64,000 nt of DNA, from the IMG/VR virus record IMGVR_UViG_3300034106_001935; one strand, given 5' to 3'. Shown one piece after another: positions 45,525 to 55,137 of this stretch (within the stretch, counting starts at the first letter, position 1; each line of letters starts with the position of its first letter). The notes under the pieces were generated by a model that had not been told where the DNA came from, made no database searches, and saw only the letters and a list, made by a program, of their open reading frames with translations. The translations under genes were made by a program, and so were the position numbers. Origin of the DNA: an uncultured virus (IMG/VR IMGVR_UViG_3300034106_001935). Taxonomy: Duplodnaviria > Heunggongvirae > Uroviricota > Caudoviricetes.

Positions 45525-48500
45525 ATGGCATTAACATCTCCAGGCGTAGAAGTATCAATTATTGATCAAAGTCAATATCTTCCAGCCCCAACTGGCTCTG
45601 TTCCATTAGTTGTACTTGCTACAGCACAGAACAAAGCTGATCCAAACGGTATTGGCGTTGCACAAGCAACAACTGCTGCAAACGCCGGAAAATTATTTGA
45701 AGTCACAAGTCAGCGTGATTTGACAACCTTATATGGTGTACCTTTCTTCTATACAACGACAAATGGTACCCCTATTCAGGGTTATGAACTCAACGAATAT
45801 GGTTTATTAGCAGCTTATAGTTTATTAGGTGTAACCAATCGTTGCTATGTTTTACGTGCTGATATTGACTTAGCAAGTTTAGTCGGTCAAACAGGTCGCC
45901 CAGTTGGTGCACCTGACAATGGTACATACTGGTTAGATGCAACAACTTCTACCTGGGGTATTTTTGAATTTGACGAAACAACTGGCCAGTTCACTGAGCA
46001 AAGTCCAGTTGTTATTACTGATTCTGTAAATCTTTCAAGTGGAGTACCTCTAGCAAGTATCGGAAGTATCGGTGACTATGCGGTAGTAGCAATTCCTGTA
46101 ACTACTGTTTCAACAATTGATTCTGAGAAAACTTATTATTATAAAACCACTCAAAACGCCTGGACCCCATTAGGTTCTCCAGAATGGATGAGTGATGTTC
46201 CTACAGTAATAAGCACAGCAACTAATCCATCATTAGTTGCTGGAACATTTACGATCACACTTAGTACTGGCACTGTTCTTACTGTAACAATCACTCCAGG
46301 TAATACAATAAGTAACGTGGTTACTGCAATAAATAACTTTGGTGTTTCATATGTCAGTGCTGCTGTCCGTAATGGAAGATTGTGTATATTTTCTTCTCAA
46401 AACGGTGGTCCAGTTGGTTCTCGCTCAATTCAAATTGCTAGTGGAACTGCCGGGTTGTTAACTGCATTGGGTATCCCTGCAGGAACATATTATCAGCCTT
46501 CAGTAGCATATGGTACTTCTGCTCAAATGCCTTTGTGGACAAGCAGTCAAACAACTCCTATGCCAACTGGATCTGTCTGGATTAAAATAGGTAATGCAGG
46601 TGGAGGTTTAAATTCTGTTCTAAGTCAATATAATTCTAGTATTGCTAGCTGGGTTGCAAAGACAGTTACAATGTCAACATCTGATGCAGCAGTTAACCTT
46701 GAACTAGATCCTACGGGCGGTCAAGCTATCCCTGCAGGAACAATTTACGGTCAGTACAATTTCGGTACACAACTATCTTCAGTTGGAACTGTTCCTGTTT
46801 ACTATTGGGAAAGAATTGCTACAGGACCTACAGTAGTAACTGGAACAAACACAAATCCAAATTTTGACAATGGACCTTATACATTCCTTGTTACTATTAG
46901 TGTTCCAAATTCATCTAGCCAGTCTACATACACCGTAACATTAGCTGACAATTCTGATGCAACTGATTTTGTTACTGCCTGGTATGCAGCTGGTATTCCA
47001 TTTACTACGGCTGCTGTAACTACCAGTGGTGCGATACAAATCACGCACACTGAGGGTGGATCAATTACAATTGATGATAACGAAAACGGGGTGTCCACTG
47101 GACTATGTCTAGAAGCAGGTTTTGTTGCAGGTACGACTGCCGGTGTTAAATTTGGACCAAACAGTCAGCAAGTATATAATGCAGTCAGTGCCGCCGGCGG
47201 CAGTGGTTCAGGATGTACATTGACTGTTGTTAGAAACAACGGTGTGTATAATATCACAGGTACATCTTTTAACAATGCAGGATCTGGATATACAGTAGGT
47301 GATACACTATATGTAGATGGTTCAAACTTGGGAGGTGTAACTGGAAATTACCCATCTGGTAATAACCTTGAAATTCGTGTTATCACTACATCAGGAGCTC
47401 CTACTAACGCGGTAACGTCTGTGGCTATTGTATCTGGTCAGGCAGTTAATAATACCACTGTTCAACTAAGTAACTGGGTAGAGTTTTCATACTTCACACC
47501 TAATGAGGGTGCTCCAGTAGCAGAACCTGCTAATAATACAAATTGGTTCTATAGCGTTACTGATGAAGTTGACATCATGGTTAACTACAACGGTAACTGG
47601 AGAGGATACAAGAATCAAAACTATGATACCAATGGATTTCCTACACCAACAGGTAGCAATGCAACTGATCCAAATGGTCCTATCGTAAGTGCTACTGCAC
47701 CTACAAGCCAGAGTGACGCTACTGCACTGGTATACGGTGATCTATGGATTTCTACTGCTGATCTAGAAAACTATCCAGTTATCTATCGTTGGCAGCTAGT
47801 AGACGGTGCTGATCAGTGGGTGTTACTAAACAACACAGATCAAACAAGTTCAGAAGGCATTGTATTTGCTGATGCACGTTGGGCAACTAACGGTGTAACA
47901 AGCGTTACTGATGATCCTATTCCAACAATAGTGTCATTGTTAACAAGTAACTATCTAGATTTAGATGCACCTTCTAGCGCATTGTATCCAACAGGAATGT
48001 TGTTGTTTAACACACGCCGTTCAGGATATAATGTAAAACAATTCCGTTCAAATTACTTTAATACAACTAACTTCCCAGGAGCATCATTGCCCACTGAGAC
48101 AAATGCTTGGGTAAGTCAGAGTGGATTACAGAGCAACGGTGCACCATATATGGGTCGTAAGGCTCAGCGTGCAATGGTAGTTCAATCATTGAGAAGTGCA
48201 ATTGACACTAATTTGGCAATCCGTGATGAAGATAATTTCTTCAATCTAATGGCTGCTCCAAATTATCCTGAATTGCAGCCTAACATGATTACTCTTAATA
48301 GTGATCGTGGAGAGACTGGCTTCATTATCGGTGACACTCCATTAGGTCTATCTGACAATGCAACTGCAATTCAAAATTGGGCAACCAATGCTGCAGGCGC
48401 AACAAGCACAGGTGAAGAAGGTCTTGTAAACCGTAGTTCTTACATGGGATTGTTCTATCCAAGTGGCTTGGCAACTGACCTAAGTGGTAACTTAGTAGCT

Positions 48501-49094
48501 GTTCCTGCATCACACATGATGCTACGCACTTTCTTACGCAATGATACTGTTGCTTATCCTTGGTTAGCAGCAGCAGGTACACGCCGTGGTATTATTGACA
48601 ACGCAGCAAATATTGGCTATGTTGACAGAACAACTGGCGAATTCGTAGTCATCAAGACTCGCGTAGGTGTCCGTGATGTTCTATACACAAACTTCATCAA
48701 CCCATTAGTGTTCTTCACTGGTAACGGTTTGTTGAACTATGGTAACAAGTCTAGCTTCAATAGTCAAAGCGCACTAGATAGATGCAACGTTGCAAGACTA
48801 GTTGCATATATCCGCAGACAATTGACATTAGCAGGAAGACCATTCGTGTTTGAACCTAATGATGCATTGACAAGACAGCAAATCGCTGGTGTCATTGAGT
48901 CATTAATGGTTGATCTAGTCGCAAAACGTGGTATCTATGACTATCTAGTAGTTTGTGATGAGTCAAACAACACTCCTGCTAGAATTGATAGAAATGAATT
49001 GTGGGTAGATGTTGCAGTTGAGCCTGTCAAGGCTGCTGAATTCATCTATATACCAGTTCGTATCTTGAACACAGGTGAACTAGGCGGAGCATAA
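45525..49094 (+). CDS. gp18: Contractile tail sheath protein (gp18-like), 1189 aa
   Basis: SPGVEVSIID, PW.A.AG.RRG, FEPND..TR, VCDESNNTP.RIDRNEL..P.KA.EFI. Confidence 0.92.
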   Translation: MALTSPGVEVSIIDQSQYLPAPTGSVPLVVLATAQNKADPNGIGVAQATTAANAGKLFEVTSQRDLTTLYGVPFFYTTTNGTPIQGYELNEYGLLAAYSLLGVTNRCYVLRADIDLASLVGQTGRPVGAPDNGTYWLDATTSTWGIFEFDETTGQFTEQSPVVITDSVNLSSGVPLASIGSIGDYAVVAIPVTTVSTIDSEKTYYYKTTQNAWTPLGSPEWMSDVPTVISTATNPSLVAGTFTITLSTGTVLTVTITPGNTISNVVTAINNFGVSYVSAAVRNGRLCIFSSQNGGPVGSRSIQIASGTAGLLTALGIPAGTYYQPSVAYGTSAQMPLWTSSQTTPMPTGSVWIKIGNAGGGLNSVLSQYNSSIASWVAKTVTMSTSDAAVNLELDPTGGQAIPAGTIYGQYNFGTQLSSVGTVPVYYWERIATGPTVVTGTNTNPNFDNGPYTFLVTISVPNSSSQSTYTVTLADNSDATDFVTAWYAAGIPFTTAAVTTSGAIQITHTEGGSITIDDNENGVSTGLCLEAGFVAGTTAGVKFGPNSQQVYNAVSAAGGSGSGCTLTVVRNNGVYNITGTSFNNAGSGYTVGDTLYVDGSNLGGVTGNYPSGNNLEIRVITTSGAPTNAVTSVAIVSGQAVNNTTVQLSNWVEFSYFTPNEGAPVAEPANNTNWFYSVTDEVDIMVNYNGNWRGYKNQNYDTNGFPTPTGSNATDPNGPIVSATAPTSQSDATALVYGDLWISTADLENYPVIYRWQLVDGADQWVLLNNTDQTSSEGIVFADARWATNGVTSVTDDPIPTIVSLLTSNYLDLDAPSSALYPTGMLLFNTRRSGYNVKQFRSNYFNTTNFPGASLPTETNAWVSQSGLQSNGAPYMGRKAQRAMVVQSLRSAIDTNLAIRDEDNFFNLMAAPNYPELQPNMITLNSDRGETGFIIGDTPLGLSDNATAIQNWATNAAGATSTGEEGLVNRSSYMGLFYPSGLATDLSGNLVAVPASHMMLRTFLRNDTVAYPWLAAAGTRRGIIDNAANIGYVDRTTGEFVVIKTRVGVRDVLYTNFINPLVFFTGNGLLNYGNKSSFNSQSALDRCNVARLVAYIRRQLTLAGRPFVFEPNDALTRQQIAGVIESLMVDLVAKRGIYDYLVVCDESNNTPARIDRNELWVDVAVEPVKAAEFIYIPVRILNTGELGGA

Positions 49095-49095
49095 T

Positions 49096-49118
49096 AAAAG
49101 GGGGCTAGTCCCCCTTTT
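49096..49118 (+). terminator. Terminator after sheath gene
   Basis: AAAAGGGGG-CTAGT-CCCCCTTTT. Confidence 0.75.
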
Positions 49119-49152
49119 ACTAAGATAAATAATACATAGGAGAACTTAAAAA

Positions 49153-49791
49153 ATGGCAACAGCCTCACAATCATTGTTCAACATGACCGTAGCGTCTGAC
49201 AACGCTGGTGGAAACCAAGGCTTGTTGATGCCCAAACTACAATATCGCTTTAGAGTTAATTTCTTAAACTTTGGCGTAGATGCAGTTAATGGATTACAGT
49301 TAACAAAGCAAGTAGTAGACGTTACTCGTCCTAACCTATCATTTGCTGAAATCACATTGCCCGTATATAACTCAACATTATATCTAGCAGGTAAGCACAC
49401 CTGGGCACCAATCACTGTTAATATTCGTGATGATGCTTCAGGATCTGTTTCAAAAGCAGTTGGTCAGCAATTACAGAAACAATTAGACTTCGTAGAGCAG
49501 GCTTCAGCAGCAACAGGTCAAGATTACAAGTTCCAAACAAACATTGAAATTCTTGATGGTGGTAATGGAGCAAACGCACCAATCGTATTAGAAACATGGG
49601 AACTTTATGGTTGCTTCTTACAGACAGCTAACTATAACACATTAAACTATGCGGCAAGCGATGCAGTAACTGTATCATTGACAATTCGTTATGATAACGC
49701 AGTTCAGTCACCATTGACTTCTGGGGTTGGTACATCAGTTGGTCGTATACTTGGCGGCTCAGTCGTAACAGGTATCGGTGGCGGAACCTAA
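49153..49791 (+). CDS. gp19: Tail tube protein (gp19-like)
   Basis: Follows sheath; PKLQYRFRV, LAGKHTW.PIT, W.LYGCF, LTIRYDNA. Confidence 0.85.
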   Translation: MATASQSLFNMTVASDNAGGNQGLLMPKLQYRFRVNFLNFGVDAVNGLQLTKQVVDVTRPNLSFAEITLPVYNSTLYLAGKHTWAPITVNIRDDASGSVSKAVGQQLQKQLDFVEQASAATGQDYKFQTNIEILDGGNGANAPIVLETWELYGCFLQTANYNTLNYAASDAVTVSLTIRYDNAVQSPLTSGVGTSVGRILGGSVVTGIGGGT

Positions 49792-49820
49792 TAGGGATTT
49801 AAGATCCTAAAAGGATTCTG

Positions 49821-51071
49821 ATGCCAGGCGCAATCAAAACTTTTCTTAAGGACGTTGCCGGAGGATTCTTCGGCAACGATTACCTTAGGGATTACACTCA
49901 CGCAAGCAAGACATTTAAACCTGGGTTCTATGCAAACGCACCCAAGTTTAAGTTTCTTTTCCATGTCTATTTTGAAATTAATCCAGAAGCACAACCTAGA
50001 ACATCACAGACTAATTTTGGTTTATTAGTTAAATCTGTTAAGTTACCTAACTTCAGTTTTGATACACATCAATTAAATCAGTACAACAGAAAAAGAATTG
50101 TACAAACTAAAATCAAATATGACCCTATAGATATTCAATTCCATGATGATAATGATGATTCTATAGCAAATTTGTGGTACAAGTACTATACATATTATTA
50201 CAAAGACGGCACAAAGCCTAAAGTAGTTTTTAAAGGCAACAGAGGTGGTGCTCCAGCTTCAGATATAGTTGGTGGAGGAAACTCTGCGACTGCTACCTTA
50301 GCAAACTATAACGAAAGAACTACCTATTTAGATTCTATAACCGGTGGTGATGATTGGGGTTATATCGGAGAAACAGGCGATCCTAGTAAGGGCAAAGCAA
50401 CATTCTTTAAAAATATTACTATCTTTGGATTTAATCAACATAACTTTTTAGCATATACTTTAATAAATCCAATAATTACACGATTTGGCCATGACACATA
50501 TGACTACGCTGAAGCCGCCGGTACTATGACTAATAGCATGACATTAGACTATGAAACAGTAGTCTATAACAGAGGAAACATGGACGGTCAAAAATCATCG
50601 GACATTGTTACTGGATTTGGTTTAGAGGCAAATTACGATAAGCGTCTAAGTCCGATAGCTACACCTGGTTCTAATTCAAATGTTTTAGGTCCAACGGGAC
50701 TGATTGCAAGTGCAGGTGGTGCAATTAAAGATATGGCTGAAGGAAATCTTTTAACAGGCATAAGAACCGCAGGTGCTGCATATAACTCTGCAAAAAATAT
50801 TAATCTAAAAGCCACATTAAGTGCAGAACTCAAGCAAGGTATCCAGAATGCCTTGCAAGGAGCCACAAATAATACACGCTCTAAAAACTTTGATATACCT
50901 ACATATGGGGCTACTGCTTCTACACAAGGTACAGCAGGTACCCCACCTGTTGCTAGAGCAGCTCCGCAGGATGTAGGTACTATAAATACTGCAGGTCAAC
51001 AAAATAATATTAATGGATTAGATTTGGACACAACCAATCCACAAGATAATATTAACGGATTAGACATATGA
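49821..51071 (+). CDS. Tube-fold protein (tube initiator/baseplate gp48/gp54-like)
   Basis: VKSVKLPNFSF..YN......KYDPI.I.FHDD aligns by eye with the gp19 segment VVDVTRPNLSF..YN..HTWAPITVNIRDD. Confidence 0.6.
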   Translation: MPGAIKTFLKDVAGGFFGNDYLRDYTHASKTFKPGFYANAPKFKFLFHVYFEINPEAQPRTSQTNFGLLVKSVKLPNFSFDTHQLNQYNRKRIVQTKIKYDPIDIQFHDDNDDSIANLWYKYYTYYYKDGTKPKVVFKGNRGGAPASDIVGGGNSATATLANYNERTTYLDSITGGDDWGYIGETGDPSKGKATFFKNITIFGFNQHNFLAYTLINPIITRFGHDTYDYAEAAGTMTNSMTLDYETVVYNRGNMDGQKSSDIVTGFGLEANYDKRLSPIATPGSNSNVLGPTGLIASAGGAIKDMAEGNLLTGIRTAGAAYNSAKNINLKATLSAELKQGIQNALQGATNNTRSKNFDIPTYGATASTQGTAGTPPVARAAPQDVGTINTAGQQNNINGLDLDTTNPQDNINGLDI

Positions 51072-51430
51072 CACAAATTATAGATAATAGAACATCATTA
51101 GATCAAACAATAAGAATTTTTGATAGTTTTTATGCTACCAATTTAGTAGTTGGCGCTGCTCAATATGATATAGTTTTCGGATATTTTAGAGGCGTTTGCC
51201 CAACAAAAAATATAGCAGAAAACTTTACTGCTTTATTTTTCAGAGTTGCACAAGAAGCTAATGTAGATGTATTAGAACTATTGAACGAAATCAAAGGCTT
51301 GAATAATAAGTTACAAATGAATAAAGTTTTAGCCTATTATTTAAATAGTTTTAAATCAAAGACATCATTATACGGCGTTGCAAGTATACCCAAGCCTAAT
51401 CAATTTGCTGCAAGAAATGTGGTTTTATAA
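51068..51430 (+). CDS. Hypothetical protein
   Basis: ATGA-coupled 120-aa ORF. Confidence 0.7.
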   Translation: MTQIIDNRTSLDQTIRIFDSFYATNLVVGAAQYDIVFGYFRGVCPTKNIAENFTALFFRVAQEANVDVLELLNEIKGLNNKLQMNKVLAYYLNSFKSKTSLYGVASIPKPNQFAARNVVL

Positions 51431-51868
51431 ATGGCTAAGTGGGCACAAGGCATTTATAACATTAAAAATCCTCAGAAATATGTAGGTAAACATAAACCTA
51501 AATACCGCAGTGGTTGGGAACTTACATTCATGACCTTCTGCGATGGTAATGATAATGTAATATATTGGGCTAGTGAGGCGATGGCTATTCCATATAGGCA
51601 TCCATTAACAGGTAAACCTACAAATTACATACCTGATTTTTTTGTACTATACAAAAACAAGTACGGAAAACAAATTGCAGAAGTAGTAGAAATAAAGCCC
51701 AAAAAACAAAGTATCATAGAAAGTAAAGTAGTAAGTGCAAAGGATAGGGCAGTTATTGCTATAAATCATGCTAAGTGGGCAGCAGCAATGGCATATTGCA
51801 AGTCGCAGGGCTATACTTTTCGCGTAATAACTGAAGATGACCTTTTCTACAACGGTAGAAAAAGGTAA
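51431..51868 (+). CDS. gp4: Head completion nuclease (gp4-like)
   Basis: NPQKYVG, YRSGWE, WASE..IPY, YIPDF, EIKP, KW.AA..F..ITE. Confidence 0.85.
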   Translation: MAKWAQGIYNIKNPQKYVGKHKPKYRSGWELTFMTFCDGNDNVIYWASEAMAIPYRHPLTGKPTNYIPDFFVLYKNKYGKQIAEVVEIKPKKQSIIESKVVSAKDRAVIAINHAKWAAAMAYCKSQGYTFRVITEDDLFYNGRKR

Positions 51869-51879
51869 ATAAATACTTC

Positions 51880-52362
51880 ATGACTAAGAAACTTGAAGAA
51901 TTGTTTGAATTACCTCAGCCTGAAAAAGAAGCTAACGAGTCTAATTTAGAGAAGGCTGAGTATGATATAACTTCGCAAGAAGCTTACACCAACTTAGAAA
52001 AAATAGAAAATGCATTGCCTCAAGTTCGTGGCTTGGAAGCTACTGACACTGAAATGGATGAGCTTACAAGTCTTGCCACTAACAGTTACAAAGACTTAAT
52101 GGATCTTGGGATGCAAGTGGATAGTCGTTTTAGTGCTGAAATATTTGGTGTTGCCGGAACAATGTTAGGTCATGCTATTACAGCAAAAACAGCTAAAATC
52201 AACAAAAAACTTAAAATGATTGAGTTGCAATTAAAGAAAGCAGCACTGGATCAAAAGCAACAGACTAAAGACGAACAAATTGAAGCCACCCCATTGGGAG
52301 AGGGTAAGTCACTAGACCGTAACGAGTTGCTTAGAGCCCTGCTCAATAAAAACAGTGAATAA
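51880..52362 (+). CDS. Probable terminase small subunit (gp16-like)
   Basis: 160-aa helical protein, EIFGVAGTML..A, R.ELL.AL C-terminus; late promoter. Confidence 0.45.
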   Translation: MTKKLEELFELPQPEKEANESNLEKAEYDITSQEAYTNLEKIENALPQVRGLEATDTEMDELTSLATNSYKDLMDLGMQVDSRFSAEIFGVAGTMLGHAITAKTAKINKKLKMIELQLKKAALDQKQQTKDEQIEATPLGEGKSLDRNELLRALLNKNSE

Positions 52363-52390
52363 TGATAAATAATTAATACAGGATTAAAAC

Positions 52391-53020
52391 ATGCGAAGCC
52401 TTAAACAATACATCGTAGAAAGTGTACATACATATAATTACACTATTAAAATTGCGGGTGAAGTGGATAAGAACTTCTTAGATATGTTTGCCTACAATCT
52501 AAAGAAGTTTGATCCTATCAAAATTGATACCCCAAAATCAACTCCTATTCAGAAAGACCCATATGGTTTTCCTAATATGAGTAATGTCCCTGTGACAATT
52601 ATTAAATGCGAATTTAGATATCCAGCAACAGAGCCAATGATTCAACAAATTGCTCAATTGCTTGGTTATAATGTAAATGCTGTTCGTGTTGTTTCTACAA
52701 AGTATGATGACAGTATTAATACTGAACATGATGACTATGTAAATCAAATGAGTCAAGACCCATTACTAACTAAAGAAGAAATGGGAAGTGCACCAGGCGC
52801 TAAAGAAGCTAGTGATGCATATGGCAATAGTTATCTAAACAGCATTAAAGATCAAACTAAAGACGACAAAATTGATATACCATATGAAGGTAAGAAAACA
52901 CCTGATAGTTTTGATCCCTTCAAGCCAGAAACATATATGGCATCAATGGGCAAAGAAAGCCCCATGTCAAAGATTACAAGACCAGCCAAACCACAAACCG
53001 GTGCTGCGTTTAACAAATAA
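52391..53020 (+). CDS. Hypothetical late protein
   Basis: MRSLKQYIVES leader; late promoter at 52365. Confidence 0.7.
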   Translation: MRSLKQYIVESVHTYNYTIKIAGEVDKNFLDMFAYNLKKFDPIKIDTPKSTPIQKDPYGFPNMSNVPVTIIKCEFRYPATEPMIQQIAQLLGYNVNAVRVVSTKYDDSINTEHDDYVNQMSQDPLLTKEEMGSAPGAKEASDAYGNSYLNSIKDQTKDDKIDIPYEGKKTPDSFDPFKPETYMASMGKESPMSKITRPAKPQTGAAFNK

Positions 53021-53035
53021 TAAGGAAATAAGAAA

Positions 53036-55039
53036 ATGGATTTCAAATCAATGTTAAATCAACTTAGCCAGTTAAGTGAAGCAACTAAAGAAACTTCAAC
53101 TGGTAAAGTACACAAAGCAGAACCAGGTGGTTATGGCCGTAAATTTGACACCGATGAAGAGGGTGATGAGAAAAAAGAAAAGAAGCCCGAAGTAAAGCGT
53201 GGTCGTGGTCGTCCTAAGAAGGGTGCCGATAGCGACACCGGAGAAGTAAAAACATACGGCGGTGCTAAAGAACTACAATCATATATGATTGGTAATTTAC
53301 CAAAAGGTAAACTTCCAGGCAAGGCTAGCAAGAAGCATAGCTTGAAAGAGTGGGTTCAAGAGATTGAAGAAAAGTATGTTGCTGAAGCAGAACAAGTTAC
53401 AATTCAACCAGCCCAACAAAATACACAGGTTATTAAGCAAGGTACAAAGACATTAGGAACTGTAACTAATCCTCAACTAGCTGCACAAATTAAGCAATCT
53501 ATTGGTAAGGGTGAAATGACCTTAGCAGGTGATCATAAGCTAGGTGAAGGTGATGAAGATTACAGTGCAAAGAAAGCCCGTGCTGGTAAAGATATTGGTA
53601 AGCCAGGTAAGCAGTTTGCTAAGATTGCTAAGGCAGCCGGTGAAAAGTACGGTAGCAAAGAGCGTGGTGAAAAAGTAGCTGGCGCCGTTCTTGCTAAATT
53701 GCGCGCCAAAACAAATGAAGGTGACATTCCTTCATCTTCAAGTATAGATACTATTGGAGCTGGTCTAGGTGCTGGTCGTAGTCAAACAACATTAGAGGCA
53801 GCAAAGCCTGACTTTATAGATTTAGATAAAGATGGTAATAAAAAAGAATCTATGAAGAAAGCAGCAGACGATGCTAAAAAAGACAAAAAGAAAGTAAATG
53901 AAAGTATGCATAAGCACACCGCAGCAAGATTATTAGGTAAGCACCATGCTCTAGCTAAAGAAGCATATAATTGCAAATATGAAGACATGGAAGAAGCAAG
54001 ACAGTATCACGAAGGTTTCAAAGAAGGTCTTGATGAGTGCTATGGTCAACAACCTATCGTTGGTTTAGTAAAAGAAACTCCACCAGCAACAGTTCCTGGA
54101 ATGGCAAGTCAAGCTATGCCAGCAATGGAAGATGACATGTACGAAATGGATAAGTCTGAGTGGATGAAACACAAAGCAAAAACAACACCGGGCGATACAT
54201 TCAAAGCATTCGGTCAAACCATGAAAGACAAAGATGTTTTAGAAATGGACTCTATGGCTTTTGAATCACTAGACAAGCAGTTAAATGCTTTGTTAACTGA
54301 AGGTGAGCAAGTAGACGAAGGCATGACTGTAAGTATCAGTAAAGGTCAACAAGGCATGCCAGACTCAGTAAGTGTTTCAGCACAAGACGGTGAAGCGGAA
54401 CAATTGCTAGGTCTTATTAAGCAAGCTGGTTTAGGTTTATTTGGTGGTGAAGAATCAAACGGTTATGGTGCTCCACAGGGTGATACACCTCAACACGGTG
54501 GTGTAGATGTTGTGGGAGACCATGATGGTATGATGGCTCTAATTAAGAAAGTAACCGGTGGTGAGCCTAGTAACGGTGATTATGCTGATGAAGAAGGATC
54601 TGAAGAACACGACCATGAGCATTCCGATGAAGAAACATGTAACGAATGTGGGTACATGGAAAGCAAGTGCGAATGTGACAAAGAAATGGTTGATGAAGTA
54701 GAATCTGAAGATCAAATGACATACGAAGTCGCTGAAGATAATGCCCCTGATAGTGATGAAGCAGAAACTGCAGCCGATGAAAATGCAGAAGCTCAGGAAG
54801 ATGAGGCATTGGCAAAAGCTGACAGCTTAAAAGAGTGGGCTAATCAAACAGGATCAGGACCCGGAAAAGGTACTGATGCAAGTTTTGAGCAAGATATTGA
54901 ATTCATGACTAAAGTGATTGCGGGCGGCTTGAACAAGCCTAAGTCAACGGGTCAAACAACTATTCCAGTTATTGCTGGTCAAGATACCCGTATGGAAGAT
55001 CCAATGGCCTGGGCAAGACTTGCTGGCATTAAGAAGTAA
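53036..55039 (+). CDS. Charged low-complexity late protein (probable internal head polyprotein)
   Basis: AT-hook KRGRGRPKK, DLDKDGNKKE loop, many hydrophobic-x-E sites. Confidence 0.6.
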   Translation: MDFKSMLNQLSQLSEATKETSTGKVHKAEPGGYGRKFDTDEEGDEKKEKKPEVKRGRGRPKKGADSDTGEVKTYGGAKELQSYMIGNLPKGKLPGKASKKHSLKEWVQEIEEKYVAEAEQVTIQPAQQNTQVIKQGTKTLGTVTNPQLAAQIKQSIGKGEMTLAGDHKLGEGDEDYSAKKARAGKDIGKPGKQFAKIAKAAGEKYGSKERGEKVAGAVLAKLRAKTNEGDIPSSSSIDTIGAGLGAGRSQTTLEAAKPDFIDLDKDGNKKESMKKAADDAKKDKKKVNESMHKHTAARLLGKHHALAKEAYNCKYEDMEEARQYHEGFKEGLDECYGQQPIVGLVKETPPATVPGMASQAMPAMEDDMYEMDKSEWMKHKAKTTPGDTFKAFGQTMKDKDVLEMDSMAFESLDKQLNALLTEGEQVDEGMTVSISKGQQGMPDSVSVSAQDGEAEQLLGLIKQAGLGLFGGEESNGYGAPQGDTPQHGGVDVVGDHDGMMALIKKVTGGEPSNGDYADEEGSEEHDHEHSDEETCNECGYMESKCECDKEMVDEVESEDQMTYEVAEDNAPDSDEAETAADENAEAQEDEALAKADSLKEWANQTGSGPGKGTDASFEQDIEFMTKVIAGGLNKPKSTGQTTIPVIAGQDTRMEDPMAWARLAGIKK

Positions 55040-55056
55040 TACTTTACTTCACAAAC

Positions 55057-55085
55057 ATACCCGGCTTAATGTCGGGTATTTTTTT
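55057..55085 (+). terminator. Rho-independent terminator
   Basis: ATACCCGGC-TTAAT-GTCGGGTAT plus T run. Confidence 0.85.
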
Positions 55086-55137
55086 GGGTATAGTGTTTGT
55101 ATATTAACGATAAATACAAAATAAGGTAAAAAATAAA

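Noticed and set aside
51431..51868. TnsA-like transposon gene
   Set aside because: Matches T4 gp4 head completion motifs in a structural context; no transposon ends
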